The translations under genes were made by a program, and so were the position numbers. Below are positions 1 through 10,100 of a DNA stretch of 64,000 bases, piece after piece (the stretch's first letter is position 1; every line of letters starts with the position of its first letter). Location of the stretch: the NCBI GenBank assembly GCA_028030915.1, contig GCA_028030915.1_4867.1. The stretch is one strand, 5' to 3'. Source of the stretch: a phage. The notes under the pieces are model-generated. The model saw only the letters and a list, made by a program, of their open reading frames with translations. It did no database searches and was not told the DNA's origin.

Positions 1-101
1 CTCCGAATACTGAACTGCATTCCCAACAGTACAATTGAGTTAGTAATTACTGCATTAAAGAATGCTTCTTTCGGTGTCTGGTAAACTAATTCGTTATACA
101 T
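1..101 (-). CDS. hypothetical protein, 5' fragment (gene runs off the window start)
   Basis: ATG at 101..99 preceded by aaagga; open frame MYNELVYQTPKEAFFNAVITNSIVLLGMQFSIR continues past position 1; shorter than the ORF-track cutoff. Confidence 0.3.
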   Translation of the reverse strand, partial: MYNELVYQTPKEAFFNAVITNSIVLLGMQFSIR

Positions 102-197
102 TTGGTATTTCCTTTAAAGTACACTAAAGTGACCAAAAACTGTTACTAAAGAACAGTTGGTGTTTAAGCGACTGTGGGTTTATACACAATGCTCACT

Positions 198-218
198 AAG
201 ATGACATCTATCTGTAAA
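198..218 (-). promoter_or_regulatory. conserved intergenic motif copy 1 (+ strand AACATCTATCTGAAA-like), putative phage promoter/regulatory site
   Basis: gacatctatctgtaaaa directly downstream of the 222..539 stop and about 100 nt upstream of the ATG at 101; same motif at three other - strand intergenic sites. Confidence 0.3.
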
Positions 219-221
219 AAC

Positions 222-539
222 TTAGTATACGACCAGCACGACGCAGTCATCGATAGCCAGATTCAGTAATGCGTAGTCGTTACTTAACCGCTGGTAACGC
301 ATCCCTTTTTCAAACTGACTTAATTGTTCAGTCGGCATGGCGTATACCGCGCTTTGCACTACTCCCGTAAACAGTTCGTCGTAGAACTGGTCTACTTCCC
401 CGACTTTGTAAAAGCGCATTCTTTGATTGTTAGCAAAGACGCTGTCTAGCTTCCCGTTACTGGCTTTCTGTAACGCAGTAAAGGCACTGTCTGCATCATT
501 ACGCTCTAATGCACTTTTAATGGTTTGAAATAAAGACAT
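222..539 (-). CDS. hypothetical protein (105 aa)
   Basis: ORF with ATG at 539 and gaggag Shine-Dalgarno 9 nt upstream; no recognisable motif. Confidence 0.55.
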   Translation of the reverse strand: MSLFQTIKSALERNDADSAFTALQKASNGKLDSVFANNQRMRFYKVGEVDQFYDELFTGVVQSAVYAMPTEQLSQFEKGMRYQRLSNDYALLNLAIDDCVVLVVY

Positions 540-725
540 GGTACTGCACTCCTCGTTAGGTTAGAAGTCAAGGTCAACTACAAAAACAAAAAGGATGTCG
601 GTATCCTACGGATACCTCCGTTTATGTTCGCATCCAATACATAAACCCCCTTACCCCCGTACACTCCTCGATTGTCAAACGATGAGATCGAAACGTAAAA
701 AAGTGTAGTATGAGAGGAGGGTGGT

Positions 726-1658
726 ATGAATAAATCTAAGTCAGGGTTGCACATCTTCTCGATAGGTATCGTCGCGGAAGATAAACCTCGTGGTGCCACT
801 CGAGTTAAAGTCATCCCTATCGAAGTTAACTTTATTAATCCTACAGCTGTCGATGCAACAGAGACACCTGTAGAGAAGCAACACAACAGTTTAAGTGGTA
901 CTGACAACCTTACTGTAAAGCAAGGTAATGCCATCACTGCAAAATGGATGAAGTCCAACAGCAACCGGGTTAACCCTCCGGATGTGAAAAAAGAAGACTA
1001 CGTAAGAATCTGGCGTATCGGTGAAACCGATATGTACTTCTGGGAAGATTTAAACAACAGTAACGTTAAGCGACTGGAAGATGGGGTATACGCCTGGTCT
1101 GCTGACCCAGTAAACCAGATGGCCGATGACCTCTCTAACGCCTACGTACTGAATATCTCCCCGATGGATGGTCACGTTACTTTACGCACCAGTATGACTA
1201 ACGGCGAGAAAAATGCGTATCTATTTCAATTGAACACGCGCGATGGGTTTTTCCAGTTAGTAGATGACGAAGGGCGTAAGTTCTACCTTAACTCCCCAGA
1301 GGATGACTTAGGGTTTGAAAACGCCTGCCGATCGAAGGTTAATATCAATAAAGAGGACGCTTTCATTTATGCTAAACGTTCTATTAATCTCGAGACAAAA
1401 ACGATTAACGAGAAGTGCGAAACTCGCAACTCTACAGCGTCGAAAAACATGGCATGGACGACTGAAGACTGGAAGACCACATGCCCAACGAATCTATTTA
1501 CCGGTAACCTGGAAGTAGGTAAGGATTTCCTCTATAATGGCAAGGGTGAAGGTAAGGGTACATTCACAGTTACCGAATCGGTTATCGGTGGCATCACCTT
1601 TAGTCTTCACTTGCATACTGGCCATGGTCCGGGCAACGACACCAGTACACCGCACTAA
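726..1658 (+). CDS. hypothetical protein (310 aa), possibly structural
   Basis: ATG at 726 preceded by aggagg; 310-aa ORF; no family recognised. Confidence 0.65.
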   Translation: MNKSKSGLHIFSIGIVAEDKPRGATRVKVIPIEVNFINPTAVDATETPVEKQHNSLSGTDNLTVKQGNAITAKWMKSNSNRVNPPDVKKEDYVRIWRIGETDMYFWEDLNNSNVKRLEDGVYAWSADPVNQMADDLSNAYVLNISPMDGHVTLRTSMTNGEKNAYLFQLNTRDGFFQLVDDEGRKFYLNSPEDDLGFENACRSKVNINKEDAFIYAKRSINLETKTINEKCETRNSTASKNMAWTTEDWKTTCPTNLFTGNLEVGKDFLYNGKGEGKGTFTVTESVIGGITFSLHLHTGHGPGNDTSTPH

Positions 1659-1865
1659 GTTATTTACGTGTGTGGGGTATAATGTGACAATAAACCCCTA
1701 ACTGTAACGATAACCCGAATCGCTTGTGCACAGTTAGCCACTTTTTTCGCACAAAAGCCGGTTTATTGTCAACTAATTTACGAGTCGGGGCAGTTAATAT
1801 GCCTCGAAGTACAAGTAGTTGAACATAGGGTTCTTCTGCTATCATTTGTTAATGGAGATAAGTAA

Positions 1866-2075
1866 ATGAGCATTCGTGAAATCACCGCAGGCAGCGACGT
1901 TTCTGGTCTGGTAGAAGCAGGCACCGTTCAGGTTTCTGGACTGAGCACCGTTACCGAAGTTACCGAAGCGCTGGCTAAGAAAGCCGAAGCTGAAGGCGGC
2001 GTAGCATTTAAAGTTACCGCTTGCGGCGGCAACAACAAAATGTTCGGCAACGCCATCTATTACGTAAACGCGTAA
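1866..2075 (+). CDS. DUF1471 (YdgH/BhsA/McbA-family)-like small protein without signal peptide
   Basis: 69 aa; ...EALAKKAEAEGGVAFKVTACGGNNKMFGNAIYYV resembles the DUF1471 fold signature of enterobacterial YjfY/BhsA proteins; in-frame TAA immediately upstream of the ATG rules out an N-terminal signal peptide; ggaga SD. Confidence 0.55.
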   Translation: MSIREITAGSDVSGLVEAGTVQVSGLSTVTEVTEALAKKAEAEGGVAFKVTACGGNNKMFGNAIYYVNA

Positions 2076-2092
2076 TCGGCCTGCGGGCAAAA

Positions 2093-2147
2093 AAGATATA
2101 GGTACCCTACTCCCGTTGGGAGTAGGGTTTACCTTTTATTTTTTTCG
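2093..2147. terminator. bidirectional rho-independent terminator
   Basis: hairpin ccctactcc-cgttg-ggagtaggg (2105..2127) flanked by an A-run upstream and a T-run downstream; lies between convergent genes 1866..2075 (+) and 2136..3398 (-). Confidence 0.55.
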
Positions 2148-3398
2148 TGCTTTGTAGCGATGCATTTCAACAAATGGCTTACCCCAAGCCCCGAAAGGCC
2201 CGACGATTGCCTGCACGTCGTTTACCAAATTCTGGTTATACCAACGCGCGTTCCCCAACAAAAAGTTTTCCCGGTCGAAGAATGTGGTATTAAAGACCCA
2301 CTCCCCTTCTTCCCAGGTCGGCCAGTACCCTACACATTTACCAACACGGTTAAAGATAGGACCTAGCGTCTTCTTCCCATCTGGGTCAGTCGGGTCTTTT
2401 AAATAGAACCGGCCCCAGATAGCGTTGTGGCTTATTCCGTGAATCTCTTTTTCGAGATACGGGTTGTCTATCGTAAAGATAAACGAGGATTCGTGCGTCA
2501 GCAACGCTTTTAACGTTTCTGAGTTACGAATACGTTGAACGGACGTAGGCGTACTTAAATCACCTACACCGATGGCGTCCCAATCGTAATAGCGACGGGT
2601 TTCCAATACAATCTTCGCCACGCTAAGGTTTGGCAGACTCAGCATAATCGCACGGTCGCTGAAATAGCCCTGCGGCGGCAACCAATGCAGAATACCTCCG
2701 ATGACGAACCCAACGGTTTTCCCTGTAATGGAATCGGGTAAGGTCAACATTAACGAAGAATAGTAATCTCGCGTAGTATCGAGTTTGTTCATCGTTAAAC
2801 CGGATATGGGGTAGGTCTTTACTTTACCGATATTTGCCATCACCAGACAGCCAATGTCTGGCGTATTGGCACGCCGCACGATATTACCAGCGCCGGTTAA
2901 GCGAACGCCCACTGGGTCAGATTGGTGAGGTACCCACTGGCCGTTGATGTTGTACAGCACCCCAGTACGGTATTTCTCTTTCCACTCATCGTCGCAGACT
3001 ACAACAACGTCGTGTGCATCATCAGGATTGAAGTCCTGAGTGTAGTGGTACCCAGGAGGGCACAGGTGCGTTTCCACGGGCACATCTGCATTAATAGACT
3101 GGTAATGTGCCTCAACGAATTCGAGCTTCGGTAGGCCCTTCCCAAGCGTTGGAATCGCGATTCCTGACTTGGTGTTTAACCAATCTTGCAACGTGTCCGT
3201 ACGGTTTTGTAAATCAGCCAGGTGATACTGGCTATAGAAGGTATATTCAGCACCTAGTGCTTCTAGTCCTACTTCGAAAAAGTGGTAGTTAGCACAAAGG
3301 GTATTTAAGGGCTGCGTGACATCGATGGTTCCCCAAGTTCGGGTGTCTCGAGAGAAGCCAAAAGCGCTGTCGGCCCGCACTTGATAAGCAGTAGTCAC
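2136..3398 (-). CDS. hypothetical protein (420 aa)
   Basis: long ORF, divergent from the tail-fibre operon; no family recognised. Confidence 0.6.
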   Translation of the reverse strand: MTTAYQVRADSAFGFSRDTRTWGTIDVTQPLNTLCANYHFFEVGLEALGAEYTFYSQYHLADLQNRTDTLQDWLNTKSGIAIPTLGKGLPKLEFVEAHYQSINADVPVETHLCPPGYHYTQDFNPDDAHDVVVVCDDEWKEKYRTGVLYNINGQWVPHQSDPVGVRLTGAGNIVRRANTPDIGCLVMANIGKVKTYPISGLTMNKLDTTRDYYSSLMLTLPDSITGKTVGFVIGGILHWLPPQGYFSDRAIMLSLPNLSVAKIVLETRRYYDWDAIGVGDLSTPTSVQRIRNSETLKALLTHESSFIFTIDNPYLEKEIHGISHNAIWGRFYLKDPTDPDGKKTLGPIFNRVGKCVGYWPTWEEGEWVFNTTFFDRENFLLGNARWYNQNLVNDVQAIVGPFGAWGKPFVEMHRYKARKK

Positions 3399-3465
3399 TG
3401 GCTGTTTCCTCTAAGGATTCGGGTCATAGTATGAACTCGACGCCCTCAGAGAAAAGGAGTGTAAA

Positions 3466-6400
3466 ATGGCTGTCGTCCCTGACCCGCACTATCAAGAACC
3501 GGGGAATATGCAGACCGGTGAAGCGGTAACGCCGATCGGTACTAAGTACCGGATGCTGTTCCCCGCACACGCCCCCTTTTATACCACATCCCTGGTGGTC
3601 AAGAGTGGCGGCAAGAAATTAACATTAGGTGATGATTACGTCATCACCCATGCGTACGTTACGGGCATGGCACGCACTGGCCATGTTTGTCATGGTGGTG
3701 TGTGGATTACCAACCCGAAATATCAGAGTGGCTTTACACTCGATTACCACGCAATTGGCATCGGTGAAGCCACCGCAGAAATGATCGCCGCAGAACGAGA
3801 AGCGAATAAAGATCGCTATCCCGTAGACTGCCAATGGGATAACGTTATTGGGGATTTATATTTCCCACCGGTCGATATTAAGTTCGATTGGGAAAACTGG
3901 CGTGGCGAATCCGAGTTGATGGAAGCCATTGTTGCGGTTGGTGCTAAGCTCGGTGAAGCGATCAGTCGTGTTGACCCGATTGCTCGTAACACGTTAGACC
4001 TTCAATATCGCGCCGGCGTCACGCTTATCACATCCGAGCAGTATGCGACGTACGACGGTACTGGCGGCTACACCTATAACGCGTCACGTCGTCGTTATTC
4101 GTTATCTTACCAGAACACGACATTCGATGCGTATTCGTTAGCGGCAAAATACCGTTTACCGAGCATTCCACCGGAAACAACGTTGAACCCAGGCGAGTTG
4201 ATCGATTGGATGCTCTGTTACGCAAACGGTGGGACAAGTATCCTGCGTCTTCAGTTGAAGCAACGCGCGATTTATCTTACCTTAACGACGGCGATTGGTT
4301 CTGGTTCGTCTAATTACAGCTATACGTTGACGACTGGCCTGACCGATACCGAGTTGGCGGGTGATATTGAGCTTAGCGTGGTCAGACGCGAAGGTAACGG
4401 CGTTTACGACATTACCGTTAAAACAAGCAAGCAAACCGTTAACTACAGCTTTAACGTTGACAACCCACCGAGCGAATTTGCACCAGGGTATCAGAAAACT
4501 GATGTCGCAAAATGGTTGAAGTTTAAATCGGGCGTCAACCTAAACTGGTGGGCAGGTGAGAACGATTACGTCCAGATTCGTTCATTACCAGGCGCACCGG
4601 CACCTGACGTTAACAACGACGTGTACCAGCTGCTGGTAAAATATCACCAGATTGTCGATAAGCTGTACCGTGATGCACCAGCACATACGCACGTGCCGCG
4701 CAAGGATAACCCACATCGCGATTCGTGGGGCGCAATCCGTGCTTTGGAGAATAACGGTATTGCTTCGGACGCGACACTGGTATACGGAAAAACGCAACCG
4801 CAGCTGACAGATTACGTTAACAATCTGTTGCCGAAACTGTCAACGCTGGCGAATAAGCTTTTACGTTTACCGGCGGCTGCACAGTCTATCAACGGCACTT
4901 TCGGTATGAAGCCTGGCCTGACTTCGATAACGTCAGCAGTGGGTACCGATGAGTCTGAAGGCGTGGGTGCACAATTCACGGTTGACCCGAGGGTTATCCG
5001 TTTTATTGGCCGCGATTCGCAAACCGTTAACGCCGGGAATAACCCGATTACATGGCAAGGTGGGGCTAACCAACTCATCCTTTATCCGGATTCCCGTGGA
5101 TTGGAGTTCAACGGTAAGAAACTATTGGACCCTACTACGGTCGGACCGTACCTGCCGGGTAACGAGTCAGGTGGTGATGGACTGTTTTACGGAACATCCA
5201 CAGCTACTGTAACCATTAACGGCAACGGTATTCAGTCTGTTCCGTTCATTTGTACTTTTGTTCCACCGGAGTCCGACGACCTTGGCCTGATGGCTGTCCG
5301 TTTGTTGGCTACTGAATTCGGTGATCGTGAGGACTTGGCCGCAACGCCGGCACTCATCAAGAAATTGGATCAGCAGTTTACGGGCAAGTTGGTTGCCGTT
5401 AAATCGTACATCAACGACATGCCACTGACGAGTTCTATTTACATCGATAAAACTAACTTCGGCTTATCGAACGTACAGAACATCCCAGATGTGCAATTGC
5501 CGATTTCCCCGCTCCAACGAGCTGAGCTGGACAAGTATGCAGTCGTCGGTCACACACACACTCCTGCTGCGCTCGGGATTAAGCGTGCAACAACGACGGA
5601 GTTCGGTTTAGTACAGTTCGGCACCGCGGTTGACGATGCCACGCTGGCATTAGACGGCGGTGAGGTCATCCGACAGGCGGACGCTATCACAGAGATAGAG
5701 AAGGTTGCGAAGACAGTCGACTCTGGTGCTTCAATCAACATTATTCGTTACGGTTTACCCGGCACGGATATCATTGAGAACGGCATCACTTACACCGACT
5801 GGATGGTTACTATTAAAGCGAACGATTATTTCGTTGGTCGCGAGTACAAAGTACCTCTCTCCACATTTAACTTGGCGGAGCTATTCCCAGCGACGCACGA
5901 AGATGCTGAGTTTGGCGTGTATGTTGACGCGGCGGGCGATGACGGCAAGTACATTATCTACGAAAATCCAAACACGGCAGAAACTGAGACGATGACCAAA
6001 ATAGGTTCCATCATCACCAGTGAAACCGGTGTGGTTTTTGTAGAAATCCGCAACGTGACGCGTTTAGGTGAGTTCCGTGAATTAGGCGAGCACATCGAGG
6101 ATGATAACGCCCATATTCGTCGGGGCATGACGCAAGCTGAATTCGGATTTACTTACGGTACGGGCGGGCCTGTGTGGTCCACGGGTGCACCGGGTACAAA
6201 ACGTATAGATGCCGATTGGCGTTACGCGCAGGCTAGCAGCTATACGCCTATGTTGAAAGCGGACTACGATCCGGCTGCTGATAAATGGACGTTTAAAACA
6301 ACCAGTTTATCTGTAACCGATTATCGTTTTGTCCACAACACATTCCCGATGTTCCAGAATAACGGCATTACCGCGACGTGGACACCTTTAACCGCAACAG

Positions 6401-7179
6401 CGGACAGTGTGCTAGAAACGGTAATTGGCTGTTGCCATCACTCGGCCACGTTCATGCACCGTATTTCTGTACTCGTCGCACGCACCGCAGGGCGTATTAC
6501 CACTCCAGGCGGCGTGAGCACGTATGCGGGAATCGCGGTTAACTACGGACGTGCTGCACAGGTTGTTATTGGCTTGAACGGCGTTACTGGTTCCGGCCAT
6601 GACTGGACGGCACTTAATCCATCGGTGCGTTTCAGCCACGCGCGAACAGCGGACGGTATTTCGTTCGTGGGAACGATTAACATCGATTCCAAAACGATTA
6701 ACTTTGAGCTGACGCTAACCGCGACAACAAAGACGCTGAAATACACCTTGCAGTCGACCGGCGAGTCGTGGACTGAGGATTTGTCTACCCGTCTCCGTCC
6801 TGACTATATCGACTTGACGAAACTGATTACCGATCCGAGTACGCCGATTTATCACGGCGTGGGTGGTTTGTTTAGTTCCGACACAGAAGCGCGTTTGACT
6901 TACGCTAACCTGAACACGATGCCGACAAAGAATCGTTATTACGCCACGTTCCTTGACTATGCGATTAACTATTCCGGCTTAAACCGCGCAAGATTCTTTA
7001 CTGGCGTGGTGGATGCAGGTTCAACGATTAATGAGATGAACAGCGCGATGTGCAACTATTCATACAGTTCGTTCCGACCAGTGGATACAGGTAAAATTCC
7101 ACCGGCGGCGCACCCATCCAAGATGATGACGTTCAATCCGAAAAACACGTCAGGTCGAACACTTATTATTCGTGATTAA
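3466..7179 (+). CDS. tail fibre protein (large, 1237 aa)
   Basis: aaggag SD; N-terminal region shared with the next three genes (PFY...DY...); tail-fibre-type repeat ATTTEFGLVQFGTAVDDATLA; HTHTPAALG His-x-His motif; Ser/Thr/Gly/Asn-rich fibrous composition. Confidence 0.7.
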   Translation: MAVVPDPHYQEPGNMQTGEAVTPIGTKYRMLFPAHAPFYTTSLVVKSGGKKLTLGDDYVITHAYVTGMARTGHVCHGGVWITNPKYQSGFTLDYHAIGIGEATAEMIAAEREANKDRYPVDCQWDNVIGDLYFPPVDIKFDWENWRGESELMEAIVAVGAKLGEAISRVDPIARNTLDLQYRAGVTLITSEQYATYDGTGGYTYNASRRRYSLSYQNTTFDAYSLAAKYRLPSIPPETTLNPGELIDWMLCYANGGTSILRLQLKQRAIYLTLTTAIGSGSSNYSYTLTTGLTDTELAGDIELSVVRREGNGVYDITVKTSKQTVNYSFNVDNPPSEFAPGYQKTDVAKWLKFKSGVNLNWWAGENDYVQIRSLPGAPAPDVNNDVYQLLVKYHQIVDKLYRDAPAHTHVPRKDNPHRDSWGAIRALENNGIASDATLVYGKTQPQLTDYVNNLLPKLSTLANKLLRLPAAAQSINGTFGMKPGLTSITSAVGTDESEGVGAQFTVDPRVIRFIGRDSQTVNAGNNPITWQGGANQLILYPDSRGLEFNGKKLLDPTTVGPYLPGNESGGDGLFYGTSTATVTINGNGIQSVPFICTFVPPESDDLGLMAVRLLATEFGDREDLAATPALIKKLDQQFTGKLVAVKSYINDMPLTSSIYIDKTNFGLSNVQNIPDVQLPISPLQRAELDKYAVVGHTHTPAALGIKRATTTEFGLVQFGTAVDDATLALDGGEVIRQADAITEIEKVAKTVDSGASINIIRYGLPGTDIIENGITYTDWMVTIKANDYFVGREYKVPLSTFNLAELFPATHEDAEFGVYVDAAGDDGKYIIYENPNTAETETMTKIGSIITSETGVVFVEIRNVTRLGEFRELGEHIEDDNAHIRRGMTQAEFGFTYGTGGPVWSTGAPGTKRIDADWRYAQASSYTPMLKADYDPAADKWTFKTTSLSVTDYRFVHNTFPMFQNNGITATWTPLTATADSVLETVIGCCHHSATFMHRISVLVARTAGRITTPGGVSTYAGIAVNYGRAAQVVIGLNGVTGSGHDWTALNPSVRFSHARTADGISFVGTINIDSKTINFELTLTATTKTLKYTLQSTGESWTEDLSTRLRPDYIDLTKLITDPSTPIYHGVGGLFSSDTEARLTYANLNTMPTKNRYYATFLDYAINYSGLNRARFFTGVVDAGSTINEMNSAMCNYSYSSFRPVDTGKIPPAAHPSKMMTFNPKNTSGRTLIIRD

Positions 7180-7191
7180 GGAGATTTTTGA

Positions 7192-10100
7192 ATGAAAACG
7201 TATCCTTACGATCCTCGGGGTGTAAATCCTGAGTGTCACTTCATCGAGGAACGTATCATCGACTCCGACAATCCTAACGATCGGGTGGTGATGCTAGATC
7301 ATCGCCCGTTTTTCGAAGGATTGGTGGTAAGGCTCGCCGGCTCGTCCATACCGCTTACCCGCGGGACGGACTATGAGCTGGAGTATGCTTTAACACCGTT
7401 GGACGACTCGGTGACGACCCCGGTGTTTTGCGGGGTGCATCTTATTAACCCTAAACTGCGTGGTGCGGTGGTCTTTGAAGGCCAGATGCTCGGGGGTACG
7501 TTTTACAGTGGTTTGATTGAGATGTTGGATGAGCTAATTAAGGCACTCAACAATCCAACGGCTGCAGATTGGCTGCTTTTAGGTAATCGACCTTCCCTGT
7601 ACCCAGCCACCCCTGCAGCGGTAGCTTGGTCAGACATGCTGAATAAAAAGTATGTTGCCTCTGCAGTGCATGATGTGGAGTTAGATGCCGGGGCGGCCAA
7701 CGAGCAGATTCGTGAAAAGCTTACTGAGCTGAAAGATGCGGTTTTGGGCTTAGGAACTGAAATCGCCACATTTAACTACCCCGGACACATTGCGTCGACT
7801 AACCCTCATGGGACTACCGCGGCGCAGGCCGGTGCGCATCCTGTCAACCTGAAAACGCCAGATACTTTCCTGGCGTATGGAAAGACGTTGCGTCAGTTAA
7901 CCAGCGAGGTCCGTGCACTGGGTCTGCAACAATCGGATATCGACAAGTACATTTCTAAATGGGTATCGAAAGAATCCAGAGGGGTGTTTAATGCGACGAT
8001 ATCCGGTACTCGTGCCCTGTTCCGTTCTCCTGCTGGTGAATCCGAAATTGTGTTCTCTGCTGAGGCATTCACTCTTAAATCTAATGGCTCTGTTGTGTTG
8101 GCGTGTGGGTATGCCGACACTACTGGAACCGTCCGGTTTATGGAGTGGAAAGCAGGCATCAATACATTACGTATTGAGTCGACTGGCAGTGCCTTGGGGA
8201 TGGATAAGCTGACGCTTAATGGTACGACGTTACTGACCACAACCGCTCTCATGGGCTATCAACAAGACCCTGGTACCGGCGGTGGTACCGTTGACCCGGA
8301 TGACAACAAACTGTACATTAGCGGGGTGAACGGCATTACTTTCACGGGTAAAGGGTCAAAAGCCGATCCTGTCACCGGGAAGGTCACAGCCAAACCCGCG
8401 ACGACCTCTGAACCAGGCGTTGTGACGCTGACTGATAAGCCGAGCGATGTAGTCAAAGGGCAAGCAGCCACCCCGTCGGCGCTTTTGCCGTATGAGGGCG
8501 ACCTGTCTTCGTACGTCAGGAAGACAACGCTGCTGAATAACCAGCCGATGAACACTGGTAGTCGAACGCTGACGAAAAAGGATTTGGGTTTAGACTTGGC
8601 TGATAACACAGCCGACGTCGATAAACCACTTTCTGACGCGTTGGCAGAAGCAGTTACCGGTCTTAGCGATAAAGGCCATCATCACAACTTCGCTGATTTA
8701 CAGATCCCAACGGCTTCTCAAACTGTGCCAGGCATCGCGCGATACTCTACCAACTTAAACGGCTTGGCGGATAATCGTGGCGTTACCCCGAACGTTCTGA
8801 ACGAATTGTCAAAACGTTTAGACGTGGTTGCAGCCGCGTTAGCAAACGCGAAAGAGGATTCCGTGGCCGACTTCGCCGCTGTGCGTGGTAAGACATGGAC
8901 TGTGGGGTCTACGCGTACTACCCTCGCTGTAACAGATTTGAACTATTTCTATCTGTTAAATGGTACACGTAAAGAGGGGACGGTATCCGGCTCGATAGAC
9001 CTGCAAACCACACCGATGTTCCAGTGGTTCTCTCCGGATAACCGTATGGAAAGAACGTGGCAAAACGCGGTAATTAATACCGGTGCCGGTATTGATTTTA
9101 GTGGGTTCGAGGTTGCTGTCCCGGAAACAAACTACGGTGCGCAGATTGGTTTAACGACAACCGGAATGGGTGATTTGTCAGTCGTTAACCTCTTGGCGAA
9201 AACGTGGGTTCGTTGCGACTCTGGTAAGCTGCGGATTTGGGTTCGTGGCGGTGGTGCTGTTTCTGTTTATCTGGACGGTGAAATTATCGGTGCGGGTATT
9301 ACAGAAGCGGGGTATCTGGAGGCGACTGTCAAAGAGGGGTGGAAGCAACACTGCTTAGCATTCCGTGCAGAATGTAACGATAGCGCTAAAGCAGCCGCAA
9401 TTCGTTTCACAATTTACGACGGTGACTTTGCGGTTGGGGCCTCGGATAAAAACACCAAAGTTGCCCGCCTGCAGGAGTTTGTTAAGACGCCGAACGGTTT
9501 AAGGCATTACCTCTATGTGAACATGATAACCGATGCGTTATATTCGCGCGCCGAACCTATTGTGGACACGGAAGGTATTAACTTGGAACGCGGCTATATC
9601 GGCCACATTGATGTCCCTGACGCGGGATTGGTTGCAGGCACGACTTACGAGTTTGAAACGACGTTTGATTTTGGCATGGCGTCCGAACTTAAACGGCACT
9701 TCGAAACACGTCTAGCACACGGGGTGAGTAACACCGACTGGTCGTTGACGGATAACCCGAAAATGCTGCCGTTGAATAAGGTTGATCCATTACCTAAACA
9801 ATGGCTGTATGCGTATCCAACTAACCCGTCTGTTTCTGGGGATAACCTCGTTCGTTTAGATCGTGGGTTATTTGATTATAAATTCGTAAGTGCCACCTCG
9901 CTCAGGATTCTTCTTGCGGCGGTTGTTTCCACTGAAAACGCGTCCCCGTATTGCTGGTTTACACCAAGCAACCCGAAAGAAAATGGAATGGCGACATTCG
10001 AGGGTTCGGTGGTAATCGACACTGATTATCCTGAAGTCCCAAAAACCTCGGACGTCGAAGTTTCATTAAACTTCATGGCCCCTTCTGCTGATGGGAAAGG

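Noticed and set aside
578-964. 128-aa ORF on the - strand overlapping the start of 726..1658
   Set aside because: Antisense to a well-supported + gene with a strong aggagg SD; no SD of its own; likely a spurious frame.
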